Assembly (NCBI GenBank): GCA_963764725.1
Contig: CAVXTM010000001.1
Coordinates: forward strand, 32,001-96,000
Reading direction: 5' to 3'
DNA: 64,000 nucleotides
DNA from: an uncultured Gammaproteobacteria bacterium
GTDB taxonomy: Bacteria; Pseudomonadota; Gammaproteobacteria; JACCXJ01
Positions within the stretch are counted from its first letter, which is position 1. Each line of letters begins with the position of its first letter. Below, piece by piece: positions 19,571 to 27,699 of this stretch. The notes beneath the pieces are model-generated. The model was not told where the DNA came from, made no database searches, and saw nothing but the letters and a program-made list of their open reading frames with translations. The translations under genes were made by a program, and so were the position numbers.

Positions 19571-21130
19571 GTGTCCGTGTCCGCGCCGAAAGACCTTATG
19601 GAGGCTGTCTTGGATCGCCCCAACCGCATCGCGCAATCGCTACGTGCGGGGCGATTCTTCTGGACTATCGAGTTCGTCGCCTCCAGCACCCCCGTGCTCC
19701 GCGAAGACCTGGTGATCATCGATGCCTTTGTGCGCGCGCTGGCCGGGCGCCCGGAGATCGCCGGCTTCTCGGTCACCGACCGTGTCCATTCCGACCAGGA
19801 CCCCGATCCGGTGACGATGGCGGTCCAGGTGCGGGAGCACAGCGGGAGCGAGCCGCTCATCCATTGGGCGGGCAAGGACCGGGACCTCGAGGATCTCGAC
19901 GCGACCTTGCAGCGGATGCAGGGGCAGCGCTTGGAAAACCTGTTGTTGCTGAGCGGCGATAAACTCAAGGATCCACCCGTTGACCGACGCCCACGCTACC
20001 TCGAGTCGGTGCCGGCGATCCGCGCCGCGAGACAAGCCATGCCGGACCTCATAATCGCGGCGGCCCTAAACCCGTTCAAGTATCGCGAAGAAGAGGCGAT
20101 GGCCCAGTACCTGAAACTCGGCAAGAAGGTCGCCGCCGGCGCCGATTTCATCGTCACCCAGATAGGCTTCGATAGCAACAAGTTCGAGGAGGCGCTGTTC
20201 TGGATGGACACGCGCGGCTACCGCGTGCCGATGGTGGCCGATGTGATGGCATTATCCGCGCGGCGGGCTCGCTATATTCGTAAGAATCCGCTCCCCGGGG
20301 TTACCATCACGGACTCCTATCATCGCCTACTGGACGAAGAGGAGCGACTGATGCCCGAGCGGGCCCGGGCGCGAGTGACGCGCCGTCTGGCTCTCCAAAT
20401 CCTAAGCTTGCGCATGCTTGGGTACTCCGGTGTACAGCTCACTGCCATCCACTCGCTAGAGACTCTGGTAACACTGCTCCATCAGATCGACTACCTCGCC
20501 GACCGATGTCCCGATCGCATGAGCTGGAATAAGGCTTGGGCAGAGGCTCTGTCCCTGCCCAATGGCGTTCGCGCCGATCCGGTGCCCGAAGCGCCCTGGT
20601 ACATGGTAGACCGACACGTCCGCCACGCGCCTCGCCGAGACATGATCAAATATGTAGTCATGGAGAAAGCGCATCGGGTCTTGTTCGAAGACGGGGCGGG
20701 TGCGCGTTTCCTGGGTGGGTTGGTACGGGGTATTCGGCGGCAAAGCCGGGCGGACCGGTGGTTAGAGCGTTTCGAACGGATCATAAAAGCACCCTTGTTT
20801 GGTTGTGAAAGCTGCGGCCTATGCCGGCTGGCAGCGACGCAGTATGTATGCCCGGAGACCTGTCCGAAAGGGCTTGCCAACGGCGCCTGCGGTGGGACGC
20901 ACATGAACCGCTGTGAGTTTGAAGACCGTGAGTGTATCCATAGCCGGAAGTACCGAATTGCCAAGGACGCCGGCATCCTACAGCAGCTAGAACGCTGGCT
21001 GATCCCGGCGGTTCCGAAGGCGATCCGGCATACCTCGTCGTGGCCGCCGCACTTCCGGGGTGAAGGTCCGGCGATCGAGATGGTGGATATGAGCGGTTAC
21101 GGCGGGCGTGGCGGGACGGAGAAAGTTTAA
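19571..21130 (+). CDS. Methylenetetrahydrofolate reductase-like flavoprotein fused to a C-terminal Cys-rich MTHFR_C (MetV-like) domain
   Basis: LLLSGD, KKVAAGADFIVTQIGFD; CESCGLC...CPETCPKGLANGACGG...C...C. Confidence 0.85.
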   Translation: MSVSAPKDLMEAVLDRPNRIAQSLRAGRFFWTIEFVASSTPVLREDLVIIDAFVRALAGRPEIAGFSVTDRVHSDQDPDPVTMAVQVREHSGSEPLIHWAGKDRDLEDLDATLQRMQGQRLENLLLLSGDKLKDPPVDRRPRYLESVPAIRAARQAMPDLIIAAALNPFKYREEEAMAQYLKLGKKVAAGADFIVTQIGFDSNKFEEALFWMDTRGYRVPMVADVMALSARRARYIRKNPLPGVTITDSYHRLLDEEERLMPERARARVTRRLALQILSLRMLGYSGVQLTAIHSLETLVTLLHQIDYLADRCPDRMSWNKAWAEALSLPNGVRADPVPEAPWYMVDRHVRHAPRRDMIKYVVMEKAHRVLFEDGAGARFLGGLVRGIRRQSRADRWLERFERIIKAPLFGCESCGLCRLAATQYVCPETCPKGLANGACGGTHMNRCEFEDRECIHSRKYRIAKDAGILQQLERWLIPAVPKAIRHTSSWPPHFRGEGPAIEMVDMSGYGGRGGTEKV

Positions 21131-21398
21131 CCATCCGAAAACAAACTAGGCGCTTACGGCGGTTAAAGTCACATGTTGGTAGTAAGTAATAAAGCTCCGC
21201 TTGTTAGAAATCTTCCTGGCCTTGCCAACGGACGTAATTTCGTACCGGAATTGATCTGATCTTCTTGGAGTTTTTGTCTCGCCGATGGGGCGTAGATGAC
21301 AAAGTGTACGAGGTGAAGGGGCAGTGCACCTCTGGAATAATATTGAGTATGTAACAACTTGCCGAGACGGCCCGTCAAAGCAATCGGTCACAAAGGTG

Positions 21399-21427
21399 TT
21401 GACAAACCTATGCTGCAATGCAACAAT
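21399..21427 (+). promoter_or_regulatory. sigma70 promoter of the phasin gene with overlapping PhaR-type operator
   Basis: TTGACA (21399-21404), 17 bp, AACAAT. The near-palindrome TGCTGCAATGCAACA (21411-21425) lies in the spacer and overlaps the -10. Confidence 0.6.
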
Positions 21428-21477
21428 ACCGCATTGGAACAACGACACCGTTCCCTAACCTAACTGCGAGAATGCTA

Positions 21478-21849
21478 ATGAAAAACGACATCTTCGAATA
21501 TTGGACCAAATCTGGAAACACCTTTTCTGAATCGATGGAGGCACTCACCGAGATCAACACCAAGGCCTTCACCAAGTTGACCGAGCAACAGCAGGCCCTC
21601 GTGACTAACCTGAGCGAAGTCTGCGCCCACCAGATCCAGCTGGCCACTGAGTCTAAAGGGCATGCGGAGCTGTTGTCCGGCCAGGCCAAACTAGCGGCCA
21701 AGCAGCGTGAAAAGCTGCTCACCATCGTCAGCGATACGACCAGTGTGCTCGAAGCTGCCAGAGCCGAACTCACCGCTTGGGTGGAAAAAGGCTTCGAAGC
21801 CGTGACTCAGCCCTTGAGCAAGGTCGCGGGTGCCAAGCAGGCTGCGTAA
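21478..21849 (+). CDS. Phasin family (PHA granule) protein
   Basis: Helical low-complexity pattern EINTKAFTKLTEQQ...ELTAWVEKG; PhaR-like box upstream. Confidence 0.75.
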   Translation: MKNDIFEYWTKSGNTFSESMEALTEINTKAFTKLTEQQQALVTNLSEVCAHQIQLATESKGHAELLSGQAKLAAKQREKLLTIVSDTTSVLEAARAELTAWVEKGFEAVTQPLSKVAGAKQAA

Positions 21850-21876
21850 CCAATACTCATCGCCTGCTTTTGTTCT

Positions 21877-21910
21877 GCCGGTATCCCACGAAGGTGGGAC
21901 ACCGGCTTTT
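21877..21910 (+). terminator. Rho-independent terminator after the phasin gene
   Basis: GCCGGTATCCCAC-GAAG-GTGGGACACCGGC-TTTT. Confidence 0.75.
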
Positions 21911-22094
21911 CCCCACCAGCTTGTTTATTTCTGCAACTCTTGCGCAGAGGCAGCAGCGCGATGGCGGACGTTAGCGGGGAGATGCGTTGGGGTGTGAGCT
22001 CACATTCGCTATTGGGTTCTGGCCTGACGCTCGGTCTCGGTTGCCTACGTTTTTCGATGAACTCGATATAAGAAACCTATCCGGGAGGCGATGA

Positions 22095-22430
22095 ATGAAA
22101 CAGGAATTCACGGTATCCGCTCTTCAACGCCAACGACGACGCTACCGCGGTTCAGTCGGGATCAGCCAAATGAACCAAGGGCACGGATTCCGAGCCGCGT
22201 TTAGGGACGCTGAAACCGGCATCATTTACGGTTGTTGTTACGCCGACGGCCGCCCCGCCCCCGTTCATCTCCTCGATGGATTGCCAGTTTCCTTGGTGCT
22301 CGCGCGGGCACCTAGCGGGAAAGTCACCGCTGTCAAGAGGTCCGTCGTCGCCGGCTTTGTCCCGGGACGGACGCTTCTACACCCGCGATGAGGCGGTGCG
22401 GAGCGTAACGAGCGAGGTGGGATCTGTAAT
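22095..22430 (+). pseudogene. Conserved hypothetical protein, frameshifted near 22362
   Basis: GGAGG RBS; ADGRPAPVHLLDGLP...VVAGFV, then RDGRFYTRDEA in another frame. End approximate. Confidence 0.6.
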
Positions 22431-22835
22431 TTCCCTCGGAGCGTGCGATGCGATCACGGTCGCCGGACCACCGAGCAGAGACGAATTCGATCAGCGCTAT
22501 GACGCCGATTCTTGTGGCCAGATCATGGAGTGCGGTTGGTTGGCTTTCCGGGTCACGGCCGCAGCTCTAGAAACAAGATGGCTCGCGCTGGCGGAGTTGG
22601 CGTCTCGCCTACTGCTACCCCACGCCTCAATGCTGGGCGGCGATTTGGTGGGGCGGCTGTTTTGCCCGAGCCATACCCCCGGATCTGCCTGTCTGTCGCG
22701 AATTCCTAAGGAACTTCTGAACAGGTAGCGAAATTCAGTAGCCCCGCCGCCTCTAGCACACCGTACAGTGGCAGCCCGTAGAACACCCCAGTCCGCTTGT
22801 TTGTCACAACCTTGTCACACCCAGAATGACGCAAT

Positions 22836-22867
22836 ATGATTAATCATGATGCATCATGATTAATCAT
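22836..22867. repeat. Perfect 32-bp palindrome
   Basis: ATGATTAATCAT-GATGCATC-ATGATTAATCAT. Confidence 0.95.
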
Positions 22868-22949
22868 TGTTACGCTATTTTTCGATCTATCAAAGGATTA
22901 GGCGTGTAAGTGCTTGACATAAAAAAACAAATAATTTCGCAGCGGCGCA

Positions 22950-23005
22950 CTTGAAAACCGTTGTGGGGCAACCCACCGGGGGTTCGAATCCCTCCCTCTC
23001 CGCCA
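22950..23005 (+). tRNA. 3' half of tRNA-Ser(TGA): a non-functional fragment marking an integrative-element att site
   Basis: CTTGAAA anticodon loop, long variable arm GTGGGGCAACCCAC, GGTTCGAATCC T-arm and CCA end; no D-arm or 5' acceptor strand upstream. Confidence 0.88.
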
Positions 23006-23046
23006 TGCAAAACAAGTAGTTACCTCTCGGCAGCGACGTTTACGCG

Positions 23047-23190
23047 ATTTTGGTGAGTTTCAACGGTAAGGCCTTCGATGTGCCACTCCTCACCACACGC
23101 CCGATTGCCGTCGGCAGACCGCCGACCGCTCGCCTTTGACAACCGAGAATGATGCTTTGCCGGGCCACCTTGTGCCCGAGGTATGGGCAG
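23047..23190 (+). pseudogene. Decayed duplicate of internal mrfB segments
   Basis: Matches 4563-4612 and about 4706-4797 (TTTGGTGAGTTTCAACGGTAAGGCCTTCGATG; GCCGGGCCACCTTGTGCCCGAGG). Confidence 0.85.
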
Positions 23191-23220
23191 CATGCTGGTA
23201 GCGAGGTTTGGACCGTGTGT

Positions 23221-23330
23221 ATCAAACTCCGCTACGATGGTTCGGGACCGTGACCTGCGACGTCACGCTAGAGGAAGCGACGGCGGATCCAGAGACCATC
23301 CGAGCTACAGCGCGAACAGCGGTTGATACC
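23221..23330 (+). pseudogene. dinB little-finger (C-terminal) remnant
   Basis: IKLRYD(fs)GTVTCDVTLEEATADPETIRATAR resembles the DinB KLRYDDFRTVTRD motif. Confidence 0.65.
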
Positions 23331-23345
23331 CAACGGTAGATTGGA

Positions 23346-23813
23346 ATGAAATGCCAGAGCCCCACACTGCGTTTAGCGGGACTCGCTGATGCCCAGAAAA
23401 TCGCTCGCATGTCACGCGATCTCGTTGAGGTGGGCCTCGGTTGGTCGTGGACACCGGATCGAGTGAGACGATCGATTCAGTGTCCTGATACGGTTGTCTT
23501 GAGTGCGCATGATGGCCCACGCATGCTGGGCTTTGCCATCATGAAATTCCTTGAAAAGGAGGCGCATTTGGAACTGTTGGCAGTAGACCCGAGTTACCGT
23601 CGTGCAGGCCTTGGCCGACGCCTCGTTCGATGGCTTGAGGAATCCTGCACGGTGGCCGGTAGCTTCGTTGTCTATCTGGAAGTGCGCGCCAGTAACCTGG
23701 GTACCCGCGCCTTTTACCAAGCGCTTGGATATCGCTCTGTCGCTCACGTCCCTCGCTATTATCAGGGCATTGAGGCGGCGATCCGCATGGCGCGTGATCT
23801 GAGGGTCGGTTAG
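23346..23813 (+). CDS. RimI-like GNAT acetyltransferase
   Basis: LLAVDPSYRRAGLGRRL, LEVRASN, FYQALGY and RYY motifs. Confidence 0.88.
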   Translation: MKCQSPTLRLAGLADAQKIARMSRDLVEVGLGWSWTPDRVRRSIQCPDTVVLSAHDGPRMLGFAIMKFLEKEAHLELLAVDPSYRRAGLGRRLVRWLEESCTVAGSFVVYLEVRASNLGTRAFYQALGYRSVAHVPRYYQGIEAAIRMARDLRVG

Positions 23814-24116
23814 CCTCCTAATAAATTTAAAGGCGGGAAAGATTTTTCGGTCCAACGGCATCCATTTCAACGGGATCGAAGCAGCAGGCATCTTACTCTA
23901 CTGCCGCACGGGCGGACGCCCCGGCCTCGCCGCGCAGAGGGTGCTAGGACGACGTTCTTGACCAGACCTACCGTTCGTATTGCACGCGGAAGAGAAATTG
24001 GCGGAAAAGGCCGTTGCTGTTTGTGGCGCCTGAATCAATAATGATATCTTTCGTTGAGATTGTTACAACGATGAGAACCGTCGGTTCCGACGTAATCATG
24101 AACGGTCAGGAGACTT

Positions 24117-24737
24117 ATGCAGAGCAGCCCGCAAGCACACCCTGAGTGGAAATTGGAAGGTACCTACTTCGAGGCCTGCAACTGTGAAACGGCTTGTCCT
24201 TGTGTATGGTTCAACGCGCCGAGTGAAGGCAATTGCAAGCTCTTTGTCGCCTGGCACATAGACCAGGGGCACTATGGCGATCAAACGCTTGATGGTTTGA
24301 ATGTCGCCCTCGCCTGTTACGCCCCCGGGCATATGAAAGACGGCCAGTGGCAGGCCGCACTTTACCTCGACGAGCGCGCCACTGTGGCGCAGAGTGACGC
24401 ACTTAAGCAAGTCTACACGGGTAAAGCCGGCGGCCATCTGGCAGTTCTGATGTCATTCGTTGGCACCGTGCTTGGAGTGAAGATGGTTCCGATGACCTAC
24501 CGTGCCGAAGGCGACCGCCGCAGCCTATCCATTCCAGAGACGGCAGATATAGGCGTAGAAGCGATCGCCGGGATCGCCGGTGGCTCCGCCACGATCACCA
24601 ATCCGCCCCTCTGCGTCGCACCGTCGCATCCGTCCGTAGTGGCCCGCTCGACGGCATATCATTACCAAGACTACGGTTTCGACTGGACGATCTCCGAGCG
24701 CAATGGCTATTTCTCGCCATTCACCTACGAACCCTGA
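24117..24737 (+). CDS. DUF1326 domain protein
   Basis: GTYFEACNCETACPC...WHIDQGHYGDQTLDGL; AGGAG RBS. Confidence 0.88.
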   Translation: MQSSPQAHPEWKLEGTYFEACNCETACPCVWFNAPSEGNCKLFVAWHIDQGHYGDQTLDGLNVALACYAPGHMKDGQWQAALYLDERATVAQSDALKQVYTGKAGGHLAVLMSFVGTVLGVKMVPMTYRAEGDRRSLSIPETADIGVEAIAGIAGGSATITNPPLCVAPSHPSVVARSTAYHYQDYGFDWTISERNGYFSPFTYEP

Positions 24738-24849
24738 TGAGTCGCCACAGCTTCGTTTAGTCACGCAAGCAGCGAAGGGCGTGATCCGCTCAGGCTTGCC
24801 TCAGCCTTTCGCGTCGCACCAATCTCCCACTCATCCCCCCTCCGTAGGC

Positions 24850-25593
24850 ATGCCGCGCCCACTCGCTCTGATGCTCGTTCTAATCGCAGTCCTGGCCTGG
24901 GGCTATCTTATCCATGAGCACCGCTTGATGAGTGCGCCCACGATGTCCCAGATGTGGATGCCGCCAAGTGGCGTATGGGCGTGGGCATGGTTCGACTTCT
25001 GGATGACGTTCGTGATGTGGACGGTCATGATGGCCGCTATGATGGCACCCGCGGCTCTGCCCCTGGTGCCCATGCTCGCGAGAGCCTATCGGTCGCGACA
25101 TAGCGTCGCCGAATGCCAGATCCTGGCCGGTCTCTTCTTAGCGACCTACTTGGGTCTCTGGGTTCTGTTCGGCGCAGCGATGACGCTCTTGCAATGGCAG
25201 CTGCACGCGTGGTCGATACTGACGCCCATGATGGAGGCCAACAATCACTTATGGGCGGGTCTCGTACTCCTAGCCTCCGGGGCCTACCAATTCACACGCT
25301 GGAAACACGCGTGCCTCAGCACCTGCCGCACACCGCTTGGTTTCGTGTTGACAGACTGGCGAGACGGCAAAGCGGGCGCAGTCGTGATGGCGTGGCGCTA
25401 CGCCAGATACTGTGTCGGATGCTGCGGGATGCAAATGGTGGTGATGTTCTCGGTGGGCGTAATGAACCTGCTGTGGATGGGCATCATCACGCTCAGCATC
25501 CTGGCGGAAAAGACCCTGCCGCATCCGAACCAAGTCCGAACGATCACCGGCATCGGATTAATGGGTTACGGAATACGGCTGCTGGCAGCGTAA
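24850..25593 (+). CDS. DUF2182 predicted metal-binding membrane protein
   Basis: MWTVMMAAMMAP, YQFTRWKHACLSTCRTP and YCVGCC...VGVMNLLWM...EK; start uncertain. Confidence 0.88.
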   Translation: MPRPLALMLVLIAVLAWGYLIHEHRLMSAPTMSQMWMPPSGVWAWAWFDFWMTFVMWTVMMAAMMAPAALPLVPMLARAYRSRHSVAECQILAGLFLATYLGLWVLFGAAMTLLQWQLHAWSILTPMMEANNHLWAGLVLLASGAYQFTRWKHACLSTCRTPLGFVLTDWRDGKAGAVVMAWRYARYCVGCCGMQMVVMFSVGVMNLLWMGIITLSILAEKTLPHPNQVRTITGIGLMGYGIRLLAA

Positions 25594-25636
25594 GCCTCTG
25601 CGCCGCACGGCTCGCTCCTGTCTAATTACGATAGCA

Positions 25637-26371
25637 TCAAAAAGATTCCTTGAAGGGCCGCAGATCCAGCTCGTGCGTCCAGGCGCTGCGCGCCTGACGA
25701 TGCAAGACCCAGTAGCTGTCGGCGATGGCATCCGGTTCAAGAAGACCGTCCTCCCCTTTGGCTCGAACGAAGTCAGGGAAGGTGCTGCGCGCATAGTCGC
25801 CCGCAATAACGCCATCGACCACGACGTGGGCCACATGTATCCCTTGCGGCCCAAACTCCCGCGCCAAGCCCTGCGCAACAGCCCGCAGGGCGGCCTTGGC
25901 GGAGGCGAATGCGGTGAAGGGCGGACGCGCACGCAGCGAGGCAGTCGCCCCGGTGTAGAGCAGGGTGCCCCGTTGCTGCGGCAGCATCGAGCGCACGGCT
26001 TCCCGCCCCACCAGAAACCCGCCGAGTGCGTTCTGCCGCCAGATACTCTCGAAAAAGTCCGCGCTCACCTGAAGCAAAGGGACCATCGCATTGTTACCTA
26101 TGTTGTAGACGACGAGCTCGGGGAACCCGTCCTCTGCTGAGGTGGCTACGCGAAACAGACGAATCACCTCAGCTTCACGCGTGACATCGGTCACCACGGG
26201 ATGCGCTATCCCGCCGGTATCGTGGATCTCCTCCGCGACGGCCTCCAGTCGCTCCGCGGTCCGGCCGGCCACGTACACCCGCAAGCCCTCGCGCGCGAAA
26301 CGACGCGCCAAAGCCGCGCCAAGGCCCGAACGCGCCCCGACTCCGACGACCACTGCGGTACCTTTCATCAT
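25637..26371 (-). CDS. Short-chain dehydrogenase/reductase
   Basis: VGVGARSGLG, TGATASLR, FASAK and WTHELDLRP motifs. Confidence 0.9.
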   Translation of the reverse strand: MMKGTAVVVGVGARSGLGAALARRFAREGLRVYVAGRTAERLEAVAEEIHDTGGIAHPVVTDVTREAEVIRLFRVATSAEDGFPELVVYNIGNNAMVPLLQVSADFFESIWRQNALGGFLVGREAVRSMLPQQRGTLLYTGATASLRARPPFTAFASAKAALRAVAQGLAREFGPQGIHVAHVVVDGVIAGDYARSTFPDFVRAKGEDGLLEPDAIADSYWVLHRQARSAWTHELDLRPFKESF

Positions 26372-26438
26372 GGCTATCCCCTTCGGATTAGAAACCCCTG
26401 GCCGTGTACCAAGCGCATGACCAGGGGAACGATTTCGA

Positions 26439-26550
26439 CTACGACGTTTGACCCGCCTCCATGGCCGCCTTCACCTCCAGCAGTCGGTCCGATTTCACTT
26501 CATAGATGAAACCGTAAATCGGAATATTCTTCGGCACCAAGGAGTGTGAT
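26439..26550 (-). pseudogene. Beta-carbonic anhydrase (COS-hydrolase-like type) C-terminal remnant
   Basis: RSHSLVPKNIPIYGFIYEVKSDRLLEV resembles the HPLVP..IPIYG.IYDV..GRL.EV tail. Confidence 0.6.
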
Positions 26551-26745
26551 CTCGCTTTCCGACGGTGCTCGGAATCCTCATGTATTTCAATATACATTCC
26601 GGTTGCTGCGCTCCGGCGGGAAGGCAGGGTCAGGGGCGAGTACCCGAGCGCCAGCGAAGCTAGCGGGGCCGAAGGCGGCCCTGCGTGGCGCGTCGAGGAT
26701 GCAGCGCAACCTTCCTTCGCTCGCGAGATTTTTTCACAACCTCGG

Positions 26746-27396
26746 TCAGGCCCTGCCAAACATCAGGATGAAATTATTGGCCGGCATATCGACCTGTCGT
26801 TGCAAATTTAGACCATATCTCTTGGCCGCCGTCCGTAAATCCGCTATGTCCTTGAGCCCCCATTCGGAAACTCCCGCGGAACGAACCTCCTTGTCGAAGG
26901 ATTCATTTGAGTCAGTGGTGTAACGCCCTTCCACTTTGAAGGGTCCGTAGATTGAGAGAAAGCCTGTATCTTTCAGAACCGTCGCCGCACAATCCATCAT
27001 CCCGTCAGCAATTGAGATGGGTGCCACCTGGAAGATGTTGATGCAAAAGATCGCGTCATAGCGCCGATCCTCTGGGGTAGGCCAAGTTTCGGGCTTGGTG
27101 AGATCGAGCTTGATGGGATCTTCCACGTTGGAGTTTCCCCGATCCGACTTGAGCTTCTTGATGGTCGCGAACACGTCTTCGTTCACGTCGGAGGGTTGAA
27201 ATCGCATCTCCGGGAAGTGCGGGGCAAAGTAGTTCATGTGCATCCCACTGCCACTGGCGAACTCGAGTACATTCCCTGCGTTTGTCGGAAAGTATTGCTT
27301 GAAAACTTCGAGAATCGGGTCGCGGTTGCGGCGTCCCGCCCAGGCGACATAGTCACTGAGCGGATAGGGATCTAAAGCGGGTCTATCGTCGTACAT
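26746..27396 (-). CDS. DUF938 SAM-dependent methyltransferase
   Basis: RNRDPILEV, VLEFASGSGMH, YGPF and DMPANN motifs. Confidence 0.9.
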   Translation of the reverse strand: MYDDRPALDPYPLSDYVAWAGRRNRDPILEVFKQYFPTNAGNVLEFASGSGMHMNYFAPHFPEMRFQPSDVNEDVFATIKKLKSDRGNSNVEDPIKLDLTKPETWPTPEDRRYDAIFCINIFQVAPISIADGMMDCAATVLKDTGFLSIYGPFKVEGRYTTDSNESFDKEVRSAGVSEWGLKDIADLRTAAKRYGLNLQRQVDMPANNFILMFGRA

Positions 27397-27524
27397 GGTC
27401 TCCACCTCATTGCTTAATGTGATTACATAACCACCCCTTTGGGTGGCAATCTTGTGCAGCGTTGCGCTGTCCCGGCTCGACGCCCTGAAATTGAGCTCTC
27501 AGCTGGGAATGTGCTTTGCTGCAC

Positions 27525-27538
27525 GCAGAGCCCGTGCC
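27525..27538 (-). promoter_or_regulatory. sigma54 -24/-12 promoter for the DUF938-(CA)-SDR operon
   Basis: Minus strand reads GGCACGGGCTCTGC (GG-N10-GC). An IHF-like TTTCATGGAGTTA is nearby and a divergent sigma54 activator follows. Confidence 0.65.
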
Positions 27539-27699
27539 TAAAGCAGGACGATGAATACCCCTTTATTTCATGGAGTTATGATTCAGCCTGCCGCGCGGGC
27601 GAGAAGATGGTTTTCACTTATTGCAACTGGGCTTCACGTTCCCCACAATGCGTTCAACGACCGATGCATTACCGACGGGCTTATCTTGCACCTCAAGCG

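Noticed and set aside
22921-23005. Functional tRNA-Ser gene
   Set aside because: There is no 5' acceptor strand or D-arm, and the bases before the anticodon loop cannot pair with ACCGT.
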